Below are positions 60,472-64,000 of a stretch of DNA of 64,000 nt, piece by piece (position 1 is the stretch's first letter; every line of letters begins with the position of its first letter). The notes beneath the pieces were generated by a model, which searched no databases, was not told the origin of the DNA, and saw only the letters and a list, made by a program, of their open reading frames with translations. A program made the translations under genes and the position numbers. Origin of the DNA: a virus (taxonomy: Duplodnaviria > Caudoviricetes); IMG/VR virus record IMGVR_UViG_3300037067_021792; one strand, written 5' to 3'.

Positions 60472-60646
60472 GCATAGAACCAGAATAAGTATTGAAAATA
60501 ACTTGACAGAAATAAAAGAAAACAAATCAAGTCCTGCTACCCAGGATTTATTTTTAGTTGAATGTGAACTACTGTTAGATATACGTGATTTACTATATGA
60601 CATAGCAAGAAATTCTGGTATTTTAAAATGGGGAGCAAAAATATAG
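60464..60646 (+). CDS. Small hypothetical protein (~60 aa)
   Basis: ATG 60464 preceded by GAGG and overlapping the upstream stop; helical ELLLDIRDLL segment. Confidence 0.55.
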   Translation: MSEHRTRISIENNLTEIKENKSSPATQDLFLVECELLLDIRDLLYDIARNSGILKWGAKI

Positions 60647-60647
60647 C

Positions 60648-61769
60648 GTGAAAATAGTTATTTGTGTAAATCATTATGCTCCGCTTTTAGGTGGATGTGA
60701 AATAGTCACTCAACATATATCGGAGTACTTGTCGCAATATCACGAGGTTTTCGTCATAACCAGACGAGTTCCTGGCATATCTCGTAATAACTCTGGTCCA
60801 GTAAAAGTTTTGGAATACATTCCAAATAATTCTGTTGGATTTGAAAAACAAATTAAATCTATTAATCCTAATGTAGTATTAGTATATAGTGATGTGTTTG
60901 ATTTTTTCAGATACTTCATTTATAATCAAAATCCTACATGGAAATTAATATTAGCTCCTTGTGGTGCAAATTTTCTGTACAATAACAGGACAATGGTTAA
61001 TAGAGTTTGTTCTGGACCTGTGATACAAAGAATTATCTGTCATTCCAAATCCGACAGAGACTATAAAATATTTAACTCAAATATAACACCAGAAAAAATG
61101 ATAATAATACCCAATGGAATTGATATTGATGAATTTGATGAAAATAAACTTTCCAGAGAAGAGATAGTACATTCTGCCAACATTGATGAGAGATTTATAA
61201 ATCTTCGATGGGTATTAAACGTGTCTAATTTCTTTCCTGGAAAGGGACATAATCATATGCCACATATTTTGTCAATGATTCCAGATCCGCATAAATTTGT
61301 TTACATTCAGGTGTGTAGTCAGATGTCTTTTCCAATCGGAGAACAAATAGAAAACGACTGGTATAAAAAAATGAAACTAACAACAGTAAATACTGTTCTT
61401 CTTAAAAATATCAGTCGTCAGATTACGGTGGGGTTGTTTAAGAATAGCAATGTTTTTGTTTTCCCGTCAGAAAAAGAGGTAGCCCCATTGGTATTACTTG
61501 AGTGTATGGCTGCTTGTCTGCCGTGGGTGTCGATGGATGTTGGGAATGCTATTGAATTAAGTGGCGGAAAATGTATTCCATCTGCGAAAAATTCGAATTA
61601 TCAGAGCATATTTAGTGAGAGAGTCTGCGGAGCGTTCTCTAATTTTATACAAAACATATGGGAATCCCCATCGATTGCCAATGATGGGAGGATGCAAGTT
61701 GAGAAAGATTTAAATTGGAAGAATATATTGCCCAGGTATAAAGATGTAGTAGAAAGTTGCTGTGCATAA
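60648..61769 (+). CDS. Glycosyltransferase family 4 (GT-B fold)
   Basis: MKIVI..NHYAPLLGGCE, IIPNGID, KG, VFVFPSEKEVAPLVLLECMAACLP (EX7E intact). Confidence 0.93.
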   Translation: MKIVICVNHYAPLLGGCEIVTQHISEYLSQYHEVFVITRRVPGISRNNSGPVKVLEYIPNNSVGFEKQIKSINPNVVLVYSDVFDFFRYFIYNQNPTWKLILAPCGANFLYNNRTMVNRVCSGPVIQRIICHSKSDRDYKIFNSNITPEKMIIIPNGIDIDEFDENKLSREEIVHSANIDERFINLRWVLNVSNFFPGKGHNHMPHILSMIPDPHKFVYIQVCSQMSFPIGEQIENDWYKKMKLTTVNTVLLKNISRQITVGLFKNSNVFVFPSEKEVAPLVLLECMAACLPWVSMDVGNAIELSGGKCIPSAKNSNYQSIFSERVCGAFSNFIQNIWESPSIANDGRMQVEKDLNWKNILPRYKDVVESCCA

Positions 61770-62556
61770 ATTAAGTGTCATTGTGACTGTGTTCAATGCC
61801 AAGCCGTATCTTTGCGAAAGCTTGGATTCTTTATTTGGACAATCTTTTCAGGATTTTAACACTATCTTGGTCAACGATGGATCCACAGATGGCAGCAGAG
61901 AAATAATGATTGAATATGCAAAAAAAGACAATGTAATTATGCTAGAAAACAAGCATAATGAGGGTATTCCTGTTGCCAGAAATAGAGCATTATTAGAATC
62001 TCAATCAGAATATATTGCAATACATGATGCTGATGATGTAAGCCTTCAACATAGGCTTGAGAAGGAAGTATTGTTTTTAGACGAGCACCCCGATATTGAT
62101 GTTGTTGGAGGACATGCATTAAAAATAAATGCCGCAGGAGAACACATTGGATATATGAGCTATCCTCCGGAGTCTACATCAAAGGCATTTGTTGTAATTA
62201 GTAGGTTTAAATTAAATCCTATTATTGACCCATCGTGTGTTTATCGCAGGAGTTCGGTTCTTGTAAGAGGGGGATATTCGATGGACCCTAGTATGAGAAC
62301 TGTATTAGACTTTCACTTATGGTGCAGAATGTTGTTGTCTGGACAAAAACTGCACAACATTCAAGAGCCGCTTATAAAATATCGAATAAACCCCGATGGT
62401 GTAACCAGGAGAGAAACATCAAATATGCTGCAAGCTACTGATATTGTTTGGTCTGCTTTTGTTAGAAGACAGGGCTTCTCAGAAACACAACTGAATAGCG
62501 ACATATTCCGGCAGGATTGTTTTACGAAATTGCCGAAAAGTAAACAGGAGAATTAA
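61762..62556 (+). CDS. Glycosyltransferase family 2 (GT-A fold)
   Basis: LSVIVTVFN, VNDGSTDGS, G...ARNRAL, YIAIHDADD. Confidence 0.93.
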   Translation: MHKLSVIVTVFNAKPYLCESLDSLFGQSFQDFNTILVNDGSTDGSREIMIEYAKKDNVIMLENKHNEGIPVARNRALLESQSEYIAIHDADDVSLQHRLEKEVLFLDEHPDIDVVGGHALKINAAGEHIGYMSYPPESTSKAFVVISRFKLNPIIDPSCVYRRSSVLVRGGYSMDPSMRTVLDFHLWCRMLLSGQKLHNIQEPLIKYRINPDGVTRRETSNMLQATDIVWSAFVRRQGFSETQLNSDIFRQDCFTKLPKSKQEN

Positions 62557-63810
62557 ATGATTGAACCAAAAGATTCCGGCACAGGGTCCAAGTGGATGTC
62601 TGATGAAATGATGATGCTTTATCATCTCAAGACAGCGGGACATAAATATCAAGAGATTTCTGATATAATGTCTCAAAATTTAGCACGAAGAGAGTATAGC
62701 GCAAATCTATGCTATAAAAAATGGCAGAATACGGATTGGGTGGAGTTCCTAGAAAAATTCGGAGAGAAGGAATCCCAACTTCAGGCAATTCAGGATAGAG
62801 ACGAAGAAAAACAAAAAATAATAGAGAATACATTAGCCAATCAAGAGAAGTTAGTAAAAAGGGAACACATAAGAACCGATTTAATTATAGACGCTATTAA
62901 AAGCTCAATATGGAGATTACCCAGACCTAGACCTGTAAGCCTTGAATACAGGGAACGACTTAACCCCAAATACAGAGAAGAGCACATGGGTATTGCGTTG
63001 AGCGATATTCATATTGGAGCGTCTTATACCAAGGAAGATACGGGAGGACTATCTGAATATAATTTAGATATTTTTCGCAAGCGACTTGGTATACTTGAAG
63101 ACGCGGTGCTTGAGATTGCCGAAAGGCACAGGCATGTGTGTGACATTCCGCATTTACATGTGTTTTGTTTGGGAGATATTGTCGCTGGAATGCCTGATGC
63201 GGGCGCGTGGTCAAGTAATTATATTGACTTAGATATCTATGATCAAATGTTTGCTGGTGTATCATCTCTAAGGGATACATTAGCCAAATGGTCCCGTGCG
63301 TTTGACAGGGTTACGTTCTATGGTATATTTGGCAATCATGGCCGTATCGGTAAAAGGGGGTTGGTGAAAAATTCGACCAACTGGGATCGTATATGTTACG
63401 AATTTGTAAGAATATCTCTATCAGAGTATGACAACATTGACTGGAAAATTCCTCAGTCGTGGTGGTTAATGGAAAAGATACAAAACCATAACTTTTATTT
63501 GACACATGGCGACGGGATTAAAGGATCAATGGGAATACCATATTACGGTGTCGAAAGAGCAGAAAGAAGTATATTAGGCCTCATGCCGAGCAAGCCAGAC
63601 TATTTAATCTTGGGACATTTCCATTCGCCTGCTGAAATACAAACCAATAGCGGCAGAATTATTATGAATGGGAGTTTCATCGGCGGAGACATTTATTCGC
63701 TCAATGACCTAAAACGAAAAGATAAAGCAGAACAGAAGCTGTTTGGTATTCATGAAAAGATGGGTATTACATGGACATATAATATTCATTTAAATAAAGA
63801 GGAGCAATAA
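62557..63810 (+). CDS. Calcineurin-like metallophosphoesterase/nuclease with N-terminal Myb/HTH-like and coiled-coil region
   Basis: CAGGAG RBS. Motifs SDIHIG, LGDIV.G, GNHGR, HGD and GHFH. N-terminal W...E...L......Y.EI...M.....C..KW. Confidence 0.85.
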   Translation: MIEPKDSGTGSKWMSDEMMMLYHLKTAGHKYQEISDIMSQNLARREYSANLCYKKWQNTDWVEFLEKFGEKESQLQAIQDRDEEKQKIIENTLANQEKLVKREHIRTDLIIDAIKSSIWRLPRPRPVSLEYRERLNPKYREEHMGIALSDIHIGASYTKEDTGGLSEYNLDIFRKRLGILEDAVLEIAERHRHVCDIPHLHVFCLGDIVAGMPDAGAWSSNYIDLDIYDQMFAGVSSLRDTLAKWSRAFDRVTFYGIFGNHGRIGKRGLVKNSTNWDRICYEFVRISLSEYDNIDWKIPQSWWLMEKIQNHNFYLTHGDGIKGSMGIPYYGVERAERSILGLMPSKPDYLILGHFHSPAEIQTNSGRIIMNGSFIGGDIYSLNDLKRKDKAEQKLFGIHEKMGITWTYNIHLNKEEQ

Positions 63811-64000
63811 ATGTTACCATTGTGGAAGTATTTACCAAAATGGATGACAAATATAATCAACAGCAAGTTGTGCTCTCAATGCCATCACCTCGCTAATAAA
63901 TCGGAGATTATCGCCGTAGGTGTTAGAAAAGTTAAGGATGGTATGTATTCATTTTATGTTGAGCACTGCTGCTCAAATTGTGAAAAAAGGGTGATTACCT
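63811..64000 (+). CDS. Zinc-ribbon protein, 3' truncated by the window
   Basis: GAGGAG RBS. MLPLWKYLPKWMTNIINSKLCSQC...VEHCCSNCEKRVIT contains two CxxC pairs; no stop before the window end. Confidence 0.7.
   Translation, partial: MLPLWKYLPKWMTNIINSKLCSQCHHLANKSEIIAVGVRKVKDGMYSFYVEHCCSNCEKRVIT

Noticed and set aside
58-63505. The many 60-180 aa minus-strand and alternative-frame ORFs in the track
   Set aside because: All overlap or lie opposite convincing + strand genes, lack RBS or recognisable motifs, and look like shadow ORFs.
1-64000. tRNA, rRNA or CRISPR loci
   Set aside because: The only sizeable non-coding gap (29031-29328) is explained by the mobile element; no cloverleaf or repeat-spacer pattern seen.

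Overview
AT-rich (roughly 35% GC by eye), very densely packed window. Every credible gene is on the + strand and most junctions have 0-2 nt spacers or stop/start overlaps. It reads as the structural (baseplate/tail-appendage) module of a very large tailed virus (huge/jumbo phage). It opens with the end of a baseplate-hub-like gene, followed by about 59 kb of mostly giant proteins (1117, 3173, 3209, 990, 2722, ~2290 and ~3107 aa). These are built from adhesin-type modules (VWA, FN3/Ig, LamG, PA14, beta-propellers, Kelch, DNRLRE-like and golvesin-like domains, Cys-rich repeats), yet none has a visible signal peptide or membrane anchor. Four glycosyltransferases (2 GT4, 2 GT2) lie near the ends of the block, and a metallophosphoesterase lies near the right end. 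No capsid, terminase or portal gene is in the window, so the viral assignment is inference. Main oddities: (1) 'Russian-doll' nested domain architecture, including three half-domains wrapped around a fourth and a VWA domain split by ~2,200 aa; (2) an Asp-Pro-Tyr (DPY) motif recurring 16 times in seven different proteins; (3) a catalytically degenerate CCA-adding/poly(A)-polymerase fold heading a 3173-aa protein; (4) a 298-bp non-autonomous IscB/IS200-IS605-type omegaRNA element inserted exactly between a stop codon and an ATGA start; (5) Ig domains whose last beta-strand appears to be encoded by the next gene; (6) a frame break inside a long hairpin at the true start of a ~2290-aa gene. All domain calls are from motif recognition by eye; no database search was run.
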